Below, in pieces: positions 27,076 through 36,876 of a stretch of DNA of 64,000 bases. Position 1 is the first letter of the stretch. Every line of letters starts with the position of its first letter. Position numbers and translations under genes: made by a program. The stretch covers positions 118,385 to 182,384 of the forward strand of contig JACQXK010000032.1 of the NCBI GenBank assembly GCA_016208765.1, written 5' to 3'. This DNA is from Candidatus Omnitrophota bacterium. Lineage in GTDB: Bacteria; Omnitrophota; Gorgyraeia; Gygaellales; Profunditerraquicolaceae. The notes beneath the pieces were generated by a model. It was not told where the DNA came from, did not search any database, and saw only the letters and a list, made by a program, of their open reading frames with translations.

Positions 27076-27254
27076 GCAATAAAGGTTTCTGTGAGCGCAC
27101 AATTAGAGATTTTTTGGCATAGCATTCTTATTTACAGTCTTCAAGGCTTTATGACGAGCGAGAGTACACCTAAATGCGTAAGCCGTTACGAAAGCGAGTC
27201 ATAAACCGCAGAAGACGGCAAAAAATCTCGTGCGCGAACAGAAACTTTTGTTGC
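27076..27254. repeat. about 179-bp MITE-like element (copy B), in the opposite orientation to the copy at 18253..18433
   Basis: Matches the rev-comp of 18253..18433 block by block, including the shared core AAAGCGAGTCATAAACCGCAGAAGACG (27 of 27) and TIR-specific substitutions. It lies in the 214-bp intergenic region upstream of the GT4 gene at 25893..27062. Confidence 0.7.
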
Positions 27255-27276
27255 TGAATAATGATCCAGCAACAAA

Positions 27277-28149
27277 TTATACTTTCATCAACCTATTAAA
27301 AACCCGTAATATTTTGTTTAAAAAAATACAGTTCTTGATTTCTAACAAATCTAGCTCCCCATTAAGTTTGGCCAGAAATGTAAACATATTATCCGAAGAC
27401 TCTATCCCTATGCGCCTTAACTCAAACAAATCAGTGCTAACATCATTTACCCCGTTCATCGCAGTAAACCCAAAAATATAACCTGCCTCCTCGGCAACCT
27501 TTTTTACATCCTGGTTAAAATCAATCACTAAACCAAACGGATACGAAATCATATCAATCTTACTTCCAAGCTCTTTTTCTATAATTTCCTTTGAATCTGT
27601 AATTTCCTTCTTAAAATCTGTGACTTTACCCAAATTAGCATGATTAATTGTATGCGACCCAAAATCAATCCCATACCTTGACATTTCTCTTACTTGATCC
27701 CAGGCAAGGAAATGATTATAAATAGGATTATCGTTAATATCATGCGGCAATATTTTCTCTGTACCGATGTATCCTGCGGTTAAAAATATTGTTGCCGGGA
27801 CTCCTAAATTTCTTAAGATAGGATACGCATTAGTGTAGTTATCCGAGTAGCCGTCATCAAAAGTAACTGCCACTGCCTTTTTAGGCAAGCATCTTTTTTG
27901 TTTTAACAAACCACAGGCATCTTTTAATGAAAGTAAAGAATAATTCTTTGCCAAAAACTGCATTTGTTTCCTGAATTTATTTATCTTTACATTTACCTCG
28001 TGCTTTCTAAAATCGCCTACACTGTGATACCTTATAATTACCAGCTTATTCTTTCTACGGCCAAGCCAGAGAGGTAAAAAAATACAATAACCAATAACAG
28101 CAAGAAAGATCAAGATTAACTTTTTAATAAAAATCTTTAAAGCAATCAT
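27277..28149 (-). CDS. polysaccharide deacetylase (NodB homology; ArnD-like deformylase/deacetylase candidate)
   Basis: N-terminal TM helix, then a VAVTFDDGYSDNY...H motif set (the TFDDG NodB signature). 290 aa. Confidence 0.8.
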   Translation of the reverse strand: MIALKIFIKKLILIFLAVIGYCIFLPLWLGRRKNKLVIIRYHSVGDFRKHEVNVKINKFRKQMQFLAKNYSLLSLKDACGLLKQKRCLPKKAVAVTFDDGYSDNYTNAYPILRNLGVPATIFLTAGYIGTEKILPHDINDNPIYNHFLAWDQVREMSRYGIDFGSHTINHANLGKVTDFKKEITDSKEIIEKELGSKIDMISYPFGLVIDFNQDVKKVAEEAGYIFGFTAMNGVNDVSTDLFELRRIGIESSDNMFTFLAKLNGELDLLEIKNCIFLNKILRVFNRLMKV

Positions 28150-29897
28150 TTAGAACTACCTTTGTTAAAAGAATATTTTACAATCCCATACCCAAACCCT
28201 AAGGCATAAACAAAATATGCTAATGCACGCAGAAACTTAAACTCAAAAATAGCTTTTACTATCCTTAAAGGAAACCTGAATATGCGGACAAAAAATGGCA
28301 CTTTTGGCTTAAATGAATTAAGTTCCAGTGCTTCGTCTGTATCATAGATAAGTTGTGGCTGGTATTTCAGGCAGTAAGCAGAGCCCAGCCCATTTCTGAA
28401 AAATGTTTTGGCTAATTTACCGATACTACCCGGTAACGGATGATACACCCATGTATTGGGTGCAAGCACTGTCTTATAGCCTTTTTGGCGCATGCGAAAT
28501 CTTAGATCCGGGTCAAGCCCGCGCAAGATATTCTCCCTTTCTCCTCCAACTTCATCAAATACTTTCCTAGGGATAGCACAACAACCGTGGCAAGCCATAT
28601 CGCTTTCTGTTACTTCTTCCACAACCTTCATCCCAAACCGCGGGAATTCTTCTCCGGCTTTCTTTTGCAGCCAATTCGCATCCGGGGGAACTAAGATTGA
28701 CGCACCTGCCATGCCAATATCCTTATTTTCTTTAAGCGTTCTAAGAAGATTTTCAATTACATAAATGTTATCAACCCGTGAATCATCGTCTATAATAACC
28801 AAAGTATCTCCTCCAGCGGCAGAAACACCCATATTAATTGCCTTACCCTGGGGAGAAACTTTCTTTACAACCAATACTTCAAAGTTGCGATATGCCTGCC
28901 TGCTTAAATCTGCCAAAAGTTTACTAACATTGCCTCCTCTATCTCCGTCTAAAGAAGGGATAATCACCGAAACATCAGGATTCATACTATAAACAATCTT
29001 TCTAATTTGCCCGTTTTCGGAATCACTAAGAGAATGCCCTTCTTGAGAGTTTTTCTGAATAACACTGACTTCTTTTTTCTCCAGGACAAAAAGTAAACAA
29101 GAACCAGATCCTGAATCATTAACATAATCATCCCTCAATATCCGGCTAAAAACAGAAGCAATGATCTTACGATGAAAATTTATCCCTATAAAACTTAAAA
29201 CATTAGAGATAAATCTAACCATCGAACCAAGATTTACTTTGCTTATTCCAATATACTGCAGGTCCGTCCAAAGAAAAAATGTTCCTTCCACTTTAGGCGA
29301 TAAATAATATTTACTTTCTAATATTTTAAAGTTTGTTTTAGCAAAAATCCGCTTCCAAAAAGCGGCATCTTTAAGGCTATTAAGCGCCAGGCGCTTACTC
29401 AAATACCTCTTCCAGGTCAAACTCAACTTACTCAAGCCGTATTTTTTTAAGAAAACGAAAACCGGATCTTGATCACTAAAGTTTGCGCAATTAATCGTAA
29501 GCACAACTTTGGCTTTATCCTTTAAAACCCTTGAAGATTCAGACAAAACCTCTTCTATCCCTCCCTCAGGAACATGCTCTAAGAATGAATTAATTAACAA
29601 GCTTGAGAAAGAATTGTTCTTAAAAGACATGGCTCTGGCATCACAAACTACTAATCCGGAATAAACTTTCTTTCTTTTTGCTAAGAATAGATTTGCAGCC
29701 TTATAATCCAGCCCCACAGCGGAATTTCTTTCTAAAAGCACAGAAGTAAATGTGCCATCGCCGCAACCCATATCCAATATCGGCGGTTTTAATTCAACAG
29801 GAGAAATAATTCTCGCCTCAATAGCCCTCAATAAAGCCTTTGCAGGATCCCAGTGGTAGTTATATAAAAATTCGCTTAAATAATCCTTCATAGCCAT
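28146..29897 (-). CDS. SAM-methyltransferase / GT2 glycosyltransferase fusion
   Basis: N-terminal class-I MTase motif I (ILDMGCGDGTFT) and a C-terminal GT2 domain (VSVIIPSL...NFEVLVV...IDDDS DxD). 583 aa. Confidence 0.75.
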   Translation of the reverse strand: MAMKDYLSEFLYNYHWDPAKALLRAIEARIISPVELKPPILDMGCGDGTFTSVLLERNSAVGLDYKAANLFLAKRKKVYSGLVVCDARAMSFKNNSFSSLLINSFLEHVPEGGIEEVLSESSRVLKDKAKVVLTINCANFSDQDPVFVFLKKYGLSKLSLTWKRYLSKRLALNSLKDAAFWKRIFAKTNFKILESKYYLSPKVEGTFFLWTDLQYIGISKVNLGSMVRFISNVLSFIGINFHRKIIASVFSRILRDDYVNDSGSGSCLLFVLEKKEVSVIQKNSQEGHSLSDSENGQIRKIVYSMNPDVSVIIPSLDGDRGGNVSKLLADLSRQAYRNFEVLVVKKVSPQGKAINMGVSAAGGDTLVIIDDDSRVDNIYVIENLLRTLKENKDIGMAGASILVPPDANWLQKKAGEEFPRFGMKVVEEVTESDMACHGCCAIPRKVFDEVGGERENILRGLDPDLRFRMRQKGYKTVLAPNTWVYHPLPGSIGKLAKTFFRNGLGSAYCLKYQPQLIYDTDEALELNSFKPKVPFFVRIFRFPLRIVKAIFEFKFLRALAYFVYALGFGYGIVKYSFNKGSSK

Positions 29898-31468
29898 TCA
29901 CCTATTTGAGTAGATGTGGTTTTAATTCCAAATAAAGATTTCAGCAATTTGAGTTCCTTTAATTTAAACAAGACTGACAGAAGTAAATAAACAATTCCTG
30001 CTATTAACGAAATAAACAGCAAACTGAAAATTCTCCTGCTAAAACCATTGAATAAACCCAGGTATTCAAAATAATATCGTAAGAGAAAAACACAAAATCC
30101 GGAAATTAAAGTAATGATAGCCACCTTGAACAAGTAAAAGAAAAACTCAGTATTAAATTTATAATCAATGACTTTCCCTAGAAAATAATACGTCAGCAGG
30201 ACTGTATTCAATAACAATGCAATTGAGAAAGACACTGATAAAGCAACAACCGGAGTCAAATACTTCAATAAAATAAACATCAGGATACAATTAACAAATA
30301 GCCTAAAAATAAGAAAACACAAATACATGGCTGTTCTCTTTAAAACAATTGCCGTTCTTAAGCTAACTGCCTCAATACCAAGGCCTGTCAGGCCCAAAGA
30401 AAATAAAGCAATCGCTTGTGCGGTCTGGTCAGCCGTTGACCAATCAAACTTCCCATGAAGAAACAAAACTCTTGAGATCAAACCTGATAGTAAGAAAATA
30501 AGAACCGAGACCGGAATCAAAACAAATATCATTATTCGGAAAAACCGAATGATCATTTCCTTGAATCTTCCATTATTGTCCAAGATAGAGTGCTCTACCA
30601 TTATAGGATAGTAAATATAAAATGTTAATCCTTCAATAACCAAAAGAGGAGCCTGGATCACAATATAGCCGTAATTAAGTATTGAAATGGCCCCTGAGTA
30701 ATGAGAAGCAAAAATCCGAGTAATAGCCATAATGCTCTCCATCACCAACAATACTGCGACAATCATAATAAAAGATTTCCAAATTTCCGGCATCTGGCTC
30801 TTGGCTTCAAAATGTTTTTGCGAATGGCTAATTCCTTTAAAATGATCAAATGAAACAAGCTGGCCTGCCATTTTAGAAAAAGCCCCTGCTAATACGCCCA
30901 CCGCAATAGCATAAATCCCCCAGAAATAAGTAAGAAACAACACGAAAAAAAGGACCACAAAGTTATTCAAAGGCTGAGAGCAGGAAGCTATGGTTTTATT
31001 ATTGTGGCTCGTATTAACCGACTGTAAAATCGCAGCCGCCCCTCCAAACAGAATTGCAAAAGACATAACCCTTAACAAGACTACAGCCAAAGATAACGAC
31101 TGATAATCAAACCCGGGAACCAGAAATCTCAGGATAGACTCAGCGCCAAAAACTACAGCAAGACTAACTCCCAAGAGCCACAAAAGAACAACCTTTGAAA
31201 ATGACATAAACAAAATAAGCCCGTCCTCTTTTCTGTATTTTCTTACCGCAATATAAACCGGGACAAATGCAGAATATAATGCCCAGCTCACAATGCTCTC
31301 AATCCTAAGAGGAATAGCCCTGGCTGCGATAAAAGCATCGGTTATACGGGAGGCCCCGAATTTGATGGCAATAAACAGGTCAACAAAGTAACCCAAAAAC
31401 TTTCCCAGAATAATAACCGCGCCAATTAAAACAATCGGCTTCTTAAGAAATTCAAAGATATGCTTCAT
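29888..31468 (-). CDS. MOP-superfamily flippase (MurJ/MviN-like; Wzx-type candidate)
   Basis: 526 aa with about 14 TM segments. The N-terminal FGASRITDAFIAARAIP resembles the MurJ-family start. Confidence 0.65.
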   Translation of the reverse strand: MKHIFEFLKKPIVLIGAVIILGKFLGYFVDLFIAIKFGASRITDAFIAARAIPLRIESIVSWALYSAFVPVYIAVRKYRKEDGLILFMSFSKVVLLWLLGVSLAVVFGAESILRFLVPGFDYQSLSLAVVLLRVMSFAILFGGAAAILQSVNTSHNNKTIASCSQPLNNFVVLFFVLFLTYFWGIYAIAVGVLAGAFSKMAGQLVSFDHFKGISHSQKHFEAKSQMPEIWKSFIMIVAVLLVMESIMAITRIFASHYSGAISILNYGYIVIQAPLLVIEGLTFYIYYPIMVEHSILDNNGRFKEMIIRFFRIMIFVLIPVSVLIFLLSGLISRVLFLHGKFDWSTADQTAQAIALFSLGLTGLGIEAVSLRTAIVLKRTAMYLCFLIFRLFVNCILMFILLKYLTPVVALSVSFSIALLLNTVLLTYYFLGKVIDYKFNTEFFFYLFKVAIITLISGFCVFLLRYYFEYLGLFNGFSRRIFSLLFISLIAGIVYLLLSVLFKLKELKLLKSLFGIKTTSTQIGEWL

Positions 31469-32744
31469 TCTTCTTCTCTTTCTCCCATAGCCATAAGATT
31501 AACGCTGTCATTGCCCAAAAAACAAACATAATGCGCGAAATCATAAAAACCACTAAAGCATTAGAGACAATAAGTAAACCGAGAAAACCACCAAGATATC
31601 CTATGGCAAGCCCCCTGATAAAATTACTCGCTGTTTTTCTTTGTAAAAACCAAACAGTTTTAAAGATTGTAAATATTACCGATATAAAGGCAATGAAACC
31701 AAAAATTCCCATTTCAGCAAGAATCATCAGGTACTGATTTTCATAAAATACCCTTTCTCTGCCTCCTATACCTATGCCAAATAAAGGATACTGCCTTATG
31801 CCTTCCCAGGCATATTTGATTTGTTGAAAACGATAGGCAACTGAAGAATTGTTTGGATCGGAATTCAGAAAAGTTTGCTTAATAGAAACCAGGCGTTCAA
31901 ATATTGCATGGGGAGAAAGAACTGCTATAAATATCATAATAAATATTGTTAAAAATAAAATTTTTTTGCTTCTTAATGCGGAAATAAACAACAGCGAAAC
32001 AAAAAGCGCTATGTAGCTTGCACGAGAGTAAGTCCAGAATAACGGTAAGCACAACAAAATAATCCCAGCTAAAAAAATAACTTTCTTTAATAACGGCTTG
32101 TCCATATAAAGCAATATCCCAAACAATAACGATGAAAAAAACATCAACACTGCAGCAAAATGGCTGGCATCATGATAGAAGAATCCTCTTTCATAAATTC
32201 GGTAATAAAAAGGACAGCTAAAAGGATAATGCGCATAGGGGAAAAAATGTTCAATTATTCCATATCCGGCTATTAGAAAAACAGGAACAAACATCAACTT
32301 CAAGAAGAAACCAGCCTTCAGCTCTTGCTGAAAAATAACCAAGCTAAGATAAAACACAAGAAAATACTGAGCAATTTTAGTTAGATAAAAGAAACCAGCA
32401 AACGGTTCAGAAATTGTATGTCTTAAAATACCAAAGAACACAGACAACAAGCCAATAAAAATAAAAACTATAATTGGTAAATCTAACGGAAGGCTATTGA
32501 CGGCTTTTAATCTGAAGGCTGCCAGAAAAAACAACAAAACAAATACAATATCCTCAAGCTTAACAAACACTACTTCACTGCCAAGTTGAAATAAATTTAT
32601 CTTAAAAGAAAATAGAGAAAAGAAAATTAATAATGCCCAAACTAATTTTACCAGGGCAGAATACTCTTTTGATCTGGGTAGATGCGGAAAAATACTTAGG
32701 AATCTTGAAGTGGTAAAAACTCCAGAAACTTCTGCTTGAGGCAT
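31452..32744 (-). CDS. O-antigen ligase / polymerase family (Wzy_C domain) membrane protein
   Basis: 430 aa, polytopic, with Wzy_C-like blocks (TYSRASYIALFVSLL... and a periplasmic loop FLNSDPNNSSVAYRFQQI...GIGIGG). Confidence 0.6.
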   Translation of the reverse strand: MPQAEVSGVFTTSRFLSIFPHLPRSKEYSALVKLVWALLIFFSLFSFKINLFQLGSEVVFVKLEDIVFVLLFFLAAFRLKAVNSLPLDLPIIVFIFIGLLSVFFGILRHTISEPFAGFFYLTKIAQYFLVFYLSLVIFQQELKAGFFLKLMFVPVFLIAGYGIIEHFFPYAHYPFSCPFYYRIYERGFFYHDASHFAAVLMFFSSLLFGILLYMDKPLLKKVIFLAGIILLCLPLFWTYSRASYIALFVSLLFISALRSKKILFLTIFIMIFIAVLSPHAIFERLVSIKQTFLNSDPNNSSVAYRFQQIKYAWEGIRQYPLFGIGIGGRERVFYENQYLMILAEMGIFGFIAFISVIFTIFKTVWFLQRKTASNFIRGLAIGYLGGFLGLLIVSNALVVFMISRIMFVFWAMTALILWLWEKEKKNEAYL

Positions 32745-33226
32745 TAATATTCCTTCCTTTTGACGCTAAACACCACTCCCCTTAAAACATAATCTTTGTT
32801 CTCAAGAATAAAATCCTGCCCGGGGCGCAAAATATTGCTGCCATATTTAATAAACCCATAACTGTCAACAGAAGCTCTTAATTTCAAAACAACAATCTTT
32901 CCGTAAACTTCCCCGTTTTGTGAATAATCTTTTAGCCCAATTATTTGAGCCATAAAATTATTCTCTAAATCCCTTTGGCCATCGCCTATTTTCACATAAT
33001 CTTTAAGCCATTGTTTTTCTTTATTTAACAATACCTCAACATAAACTTCTTCCTGCTGAGGCATTCTTCTTATTTTCTTTAAAATACTTTTCGGGATAAA
33101 GGTGTGAGCAAAAAAAGCAAAGATTAATAAAAAAATGAAACATAAGACCAATAAATCAGCCAGATTAAAATTTTTTATAAAACTTTTTTTATCCATACCG
33201 TGCCTTTTGTTTATACTCTTAAGCAA
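32744..33226 (-). CDS. hypothetical membrane-anchored protein
   Basis: 160 aa with one N-terminal TM helix and no recognisable motif. Transcriptionally coupled within the glycan locus. Confidence 0.4.
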   Translation of the reverse strand: MLKSINKRHGMDKKSFIKNFNLADLLVLCFIFLLIFAFFAHTFIPKSILKKIRRMPQQEEVYVEVLLNKEKQWLKDYVKIGDGQRDLENNFMAQIIGLKDYSQNGEVYGKIVVLKLRASVDSYGFIKYGSNILRPGQDFILENKDYVLRGVVFSVKRKEY

Positions 33227-34071
33227 AATAAATTAGTAAAATTTTGTTTTTCTTCAGTATAAGTATCCAGTAAAACTTTTGCACTTGTTCTTACCAGTTG
33301 ATCATTAGTTGACCTTATTTCATAAAAATCAAAGCCATAGCCTGAAAGAAGCTCCAGGAATAAATTCGCATTACTCCCGCAATATTTAAGCCCAAATGGC
33401 CAAAACTCAACCAAAAGCTTAATATTGTTATTCTGCAACAAAATACCTTCCATTCCTTTTATAATCCCGGCCTCTGCACCCTGCGCATCAATTTTTACAA
33501 AATCTATTTTTCCTGAATAATCTTTGAAATAATCATCCAGGCTTATTGCGCCCACATCTATAGAATTAGGCATACTACTATCTATCAAGCGATTATCCGC
33601 CTGATTATTCCTGTTAAAACACAACCTCATTCTTTTAGACTTATCTGATACTGCTAAAGGCTCCAAAGTAACATTACGATAATTATTGCACTCAATATTC
33701 TTCTTAAGTAACTTAAAATTATTCGGCTCAGGTTCAAAAGCGAATACGCAACCAGAGTCACCGGCCAATCTCGCGAAAATCAATGTATAATAACCTATAT
33801 TTGCACCAATATCTAAAACCGTATCACCTTTTTCAATCTTCTCTTTAACTAATCTCTTAATTACAGATTCATAATTTTTGTTAATTGACAGCCTGAGTGC
33901 ATCGTATTTATCCAAAATGATCCTATCTCCATCAACTATAATCTCTGCGGGCTTGAGCTTAAATAATACATAATTATTTATAGCCCTGATAAAAGGAAAT
34001 CTTGCAAAACCGCGCCCTCCTGCAAAATTGTAAAATCTTTTGTATATTTCAAGAATCTTGATGTTTGACAT
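33211..34071 (-). CDS. FkbM-family methyltransferase
   Basis: VLDIGANIGYYT motif I, FAFEPEP and KIDAQGAE blocks typical of FkbM MTases. 286 aa. Confidence 0.8.
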   Translation of the reverse strand: MSNIKILEIYKRFYNFAGGRGFARFPFIRAINNYVLFKLKPAEIIVDGDRIILDKYDALRLSINKNYESVIKRLVKEKIEKGDTVLDIGANIGYYTLIFARLAGDSGCVFAFEPEPNNFKLLKKNIECNNYRNVTLEPLAVSDKSKRMRLCFNRNNQADNRLIDSSMPNSIDVGAISLDDYFKDYSGKIDFVKIDAQGAEAGIIKGMEGILLQNNNIKLLVEFWPFGLKYCGSNANLFLELLSGYGFDFYEIRSTNDQLVRTSAKVLLDTYTEEKQNFTNLFCLRV

Positions 34072-34077
34072 TTTTGG

Positions 34078-34992
34078 TTATTTTTTAGCGAAGACTATCA
34101 AAGAAGAAGAAACGAAAACTCTACGGAAAGTAACAAAATAAATTAAATTAGCTATAAAATTAAGGGAAATCTTTAATAACTCTACTATGTTCTCATTAAA
34201 ATTAAATGATTTATAAGGATCCCCTTTTGTAAGAAAAGAGTTTTCTACTCTTACAGAATTAAACCCGGCGCCATAGAGAATCTTTTTTATGGTTTTTGCA
34301 GTAAACCCATAATTTACAATAATTGAAGGATCCTTCGTTTCTTTTGAAAACAGTTTAAACAAATAAAATGCCCGGTGCAAATAAAAATGAAATGTAACAT
34401 TAGGGACACGTATAACGATAATTCCTCCCGGCCTTAGTATCCGGTTAAGCTCTTTAAGCGTGGACATTGGATCGCGTAAATGATCCAACACGTTCCAAAG
34501 TGTGATAACATCAAAACTGTTTTCCCCAAAACGCGCTTCCTCTATGCCTGAATTTAGAACTTCTAACCCAGATTTACTCTTTGCATAGTCACATGCATCT
34601 TTTGACAATTCCACTCCTATCGTCCGCCACCCTGAAGATTTTGCCAAATTAAGAAAAATACCCACACCACAGCCAACATCCAGAATACATCCCTTTGCTC
34701 CGCTACGCAGTAGCTCAATATCTGACAAAAATTTCTTAAAAACTCTTTCCCTGGCTCCGGAAATTCTTTCTTCCAAATCCAGCGAATGATGGCTTTTACT
34801 AAAGAAGTCCCTATTCGCCCGTTCCTTTGGGCGCGGATTGGCATAAACTAACCCGCAACAAATACACTGAACAATATTTGTATTTCCGTAATTATAAAGA
34901 TGCTTGGTATTATTGTTGCCGCACAAATTGCAACTAACAAGCTCCTGTTCATTCAGCAAATCATTCTTCATATTTTTTGTTTCCTCAGCCAC
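34078..34992 (-). CDS. class I SAM-dependent methyltransferase with N-terminal Zn-ribbon
   Basis: N-terminal CxxC...CxxC and a motif I ILDVGCGVGIF. 304 aa. Confidence 0.75.
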   Translation of the reverse strand: MAEETKNMKNDLLNEQELVSCNLCGNNNTKHLYNYGNTNIVQCICCGLVYANPRPKERANRDFFSKSHHSLDLEERISGARERVFKKFLSDIELLRSGAKGCILDVGCGVGIFLNLAKSSGWRTIGVELSKDACDYAKSKSGLEVLNSGIEEARFGENSFDVITLWNVLDHLRDPMSTLKELNRILRPGGIIVIRVPNVTFHFYLHRAFYLFKLFSKETKDPSIIVNYGFTAKTIKKILYGAGFNSVRVENSFLTKGDPYKSFNFNENIVELLKISLNFIANLIYFVTFRRVFVSSSLIVFAKK

Positions 34993-36848
34993 AACTCAAA
35001 AACCAATAAAGCAAAAATTTGCGCTCCAAAATCCTGTTTATTATCAAAATGATCTTTAAGCATCCATTCCACAAACGATACTGAAAAGAAGCGCCTGCTC
35101 TGACAATCGTTGGCCAACAACATCTCTTTTGCGTTATTTTTCAATTGAAATCTAAACCAATTATTTAAAGGCATTGTAAAACCGAGCTTCCTTTGCCTAA
35201 GGACTTGAGCAGGCAATTCTTCCTTCAGGGCTTTCTTAAGGATATATTTACTTATTCTTCCTTTTAACTTAAACTCTAAAGGGATTGAAGACACAAACTC
35301 AACAACCTTATGGTCTAAAAAAGGGACCCTGACTTCAAGAGAATTCTTCATGCTCATCATATCAACCTTACAAAGACAATCATCCGGAAGATATGATTTT
35401 GTATCTACAAACAAGAGCCTTTCAATATCATTATCTATTGACACCCCAGAGAATAATCCTGATAATTTAGAAGCACTTTGATAATTGCCCAAAGGACCTA
35501 CTATTTCTTCCTGAAACAAACGCGTTTTCAATGCCTCCGAAAAACACGTCCTTCTGCGCAGGAATGAATCTTCCAAAGACAACTCTGAATCATAAACAAA
35601 TCTTTCTATTTTATTCAATATTCTGTTTCTTCTGTCTGGCTGGTAATCGCGGCTTAACAAAACATGCTTCATGGCTTGTCTTACAACGCGCGGAATTCTT
35701 CTGTAATCATTAATAAATTTCTGCCTTCTTGTCCAATCGTAACCGGCAAACAGTTCATCTCCCCCGTCACCGGAAAGGCAAACCGTAACTTCTTTACGCG
35801 CAAAACCTGAAATTAAATATGTGGGAATAAGCGAGGAATCCGCAAACGGTTCATCAAAATGCCCCACTAAATCAGGCAACAATTTTATAATATCAGGTTC
35901 CAGGTTTATCTCGTGATGTTCTGTTCCAAACTTCTTAGCTACAAGCCTAGCATACTTTAATTCATCAAAACCCCTGGTATTAAAACCAACAGAAAATGTT
36001 TTTATCGCTTGCCCACTAACCTCGCTCATCAGAGCAACAATAGCGCTTGAGTCCATCCCTCCGCTTAAAAAAGCCCCAAGAGGGACTTCACTCATCAAAT
36101 GCATTTTTATTGTTTCTTTTAATAAAGAACTTAAATTTTCAATATAATAACTCTCATACTGCTTCTCTCTCTTTTTATAACTTATCTCCCAATACTTCTT
36201 TATATTGATTTTATCCTTCTCAAATATGAGTAAACAAGCCGGTGGCAATTTATAAATATCTTCAAAAATTGTATCCGGGCCGGGAATATACAAATATGTC
36301 AAATAATCACTAACTGCTGTTAACGAAATGCCAGTTTGCACACCAGGATACTGCTTTATCGCCTTAATCTCAGAACCAAACAGGAATACTCCATTTTTAG
36401 AATAATAATACAAGGGCTTTATGCCCAGCCTATCCCTAGCCAAAATAAGCCTTTTTTTATCCAAATCATAAATTGCTATAGCAAACATTCCCCTTAAATC
36501 ATCAACAAAATCCTCTCCCTTATCTTCATATAAATGCACTATTACTTCTACATCCGAGCTTGTTTTAAAGATATGGCCAGACTTCATAAGCCGCTCTTTA
36601 AGCTCAATGTAATTATAAATTTCTCCGTTACAAATTACGCAAACATTCTTTCTCTCATTATAAATAGGCTGATGCCCTCCCTTAACGTCAATAATGCTCA
36701 AACGGCGCATTCCCATACCGGCATTTTTAAACAAAAAATGTCCATCCTCATCAGGGCCACGATGAACAAGAGCGTCAGTCATTTCCTTGAGGCACTCTTT
36801 CTCTACGAAACTACCCTCTTTTTTAATAACTCCGCATATGCCGCACAT
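34968..36848 (-). CDS. asnB: asparagine synthase (glutamine-hydrolysing) family amidotransferase
   Basis: N-terminal MCGICG (Ntn Cys2) and a PP-loop SGGMDSS. 626 aa. In a glycan locus it is likely a sugar-amidating paralogue rather than a housekeeping AsnB. Confidence 0.8.
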   Translation of the reverse strand: MCGICGVIKKEGSFVEKECLKEMTDALVHRGPDEDGHFLFKNAGMGMRRLSIIDVKGGHQPIYNERKNVCVICNGEIYNYIELKERLMKSGHIFKTSSDVEVIVHLYEDKGEDFVDDLRGMFAIAIYDLDKKRLILARDRLGIKPLYYYSKNGVFLFGSEIKAIKQYPGVQTGISLTAVSDYLTYLYIPGPDTIFEDIYKLPPACLLIFEKDKINIKKYWEISYKKREKQYESYYIENLSSLLKETIKMHLMSEVPLGAFLSGGMDSSAIVALMSEVSGQAIKTFSVGFNTRGFDELKYARLVAKKFGTEHHEINLEPDIIKLLPDLVGHFDEPFADSSLIPTYLISGFARKEVTVCLSGDGGDELFAGYDWTRRQKFINDYRRIPRVVRQAMKHVLLSRDYQPDRRNRILNKIERFVYDSELSLEDSFLRRRTCFSEALKTRLFQEEIVGPLGNYQSASKLSGLFSGVSIDNDIERLLFVDTKSYLPDDCLCKVDMMSMKNSLEVRVPFLDHKVVEFVSSIPLEFKLKGRISKYILKKALKEELPAQVLRQRKLGFTMPLNNWFRFQLKNNAKEMLLANDCQSRRFFSVSFVEWMLKDHFDNKQDFGAQIFALLVFELWLRKQKI

Positions 36849-36876
36849 AGAATATTAAATAACCCCTGCTTTAACC

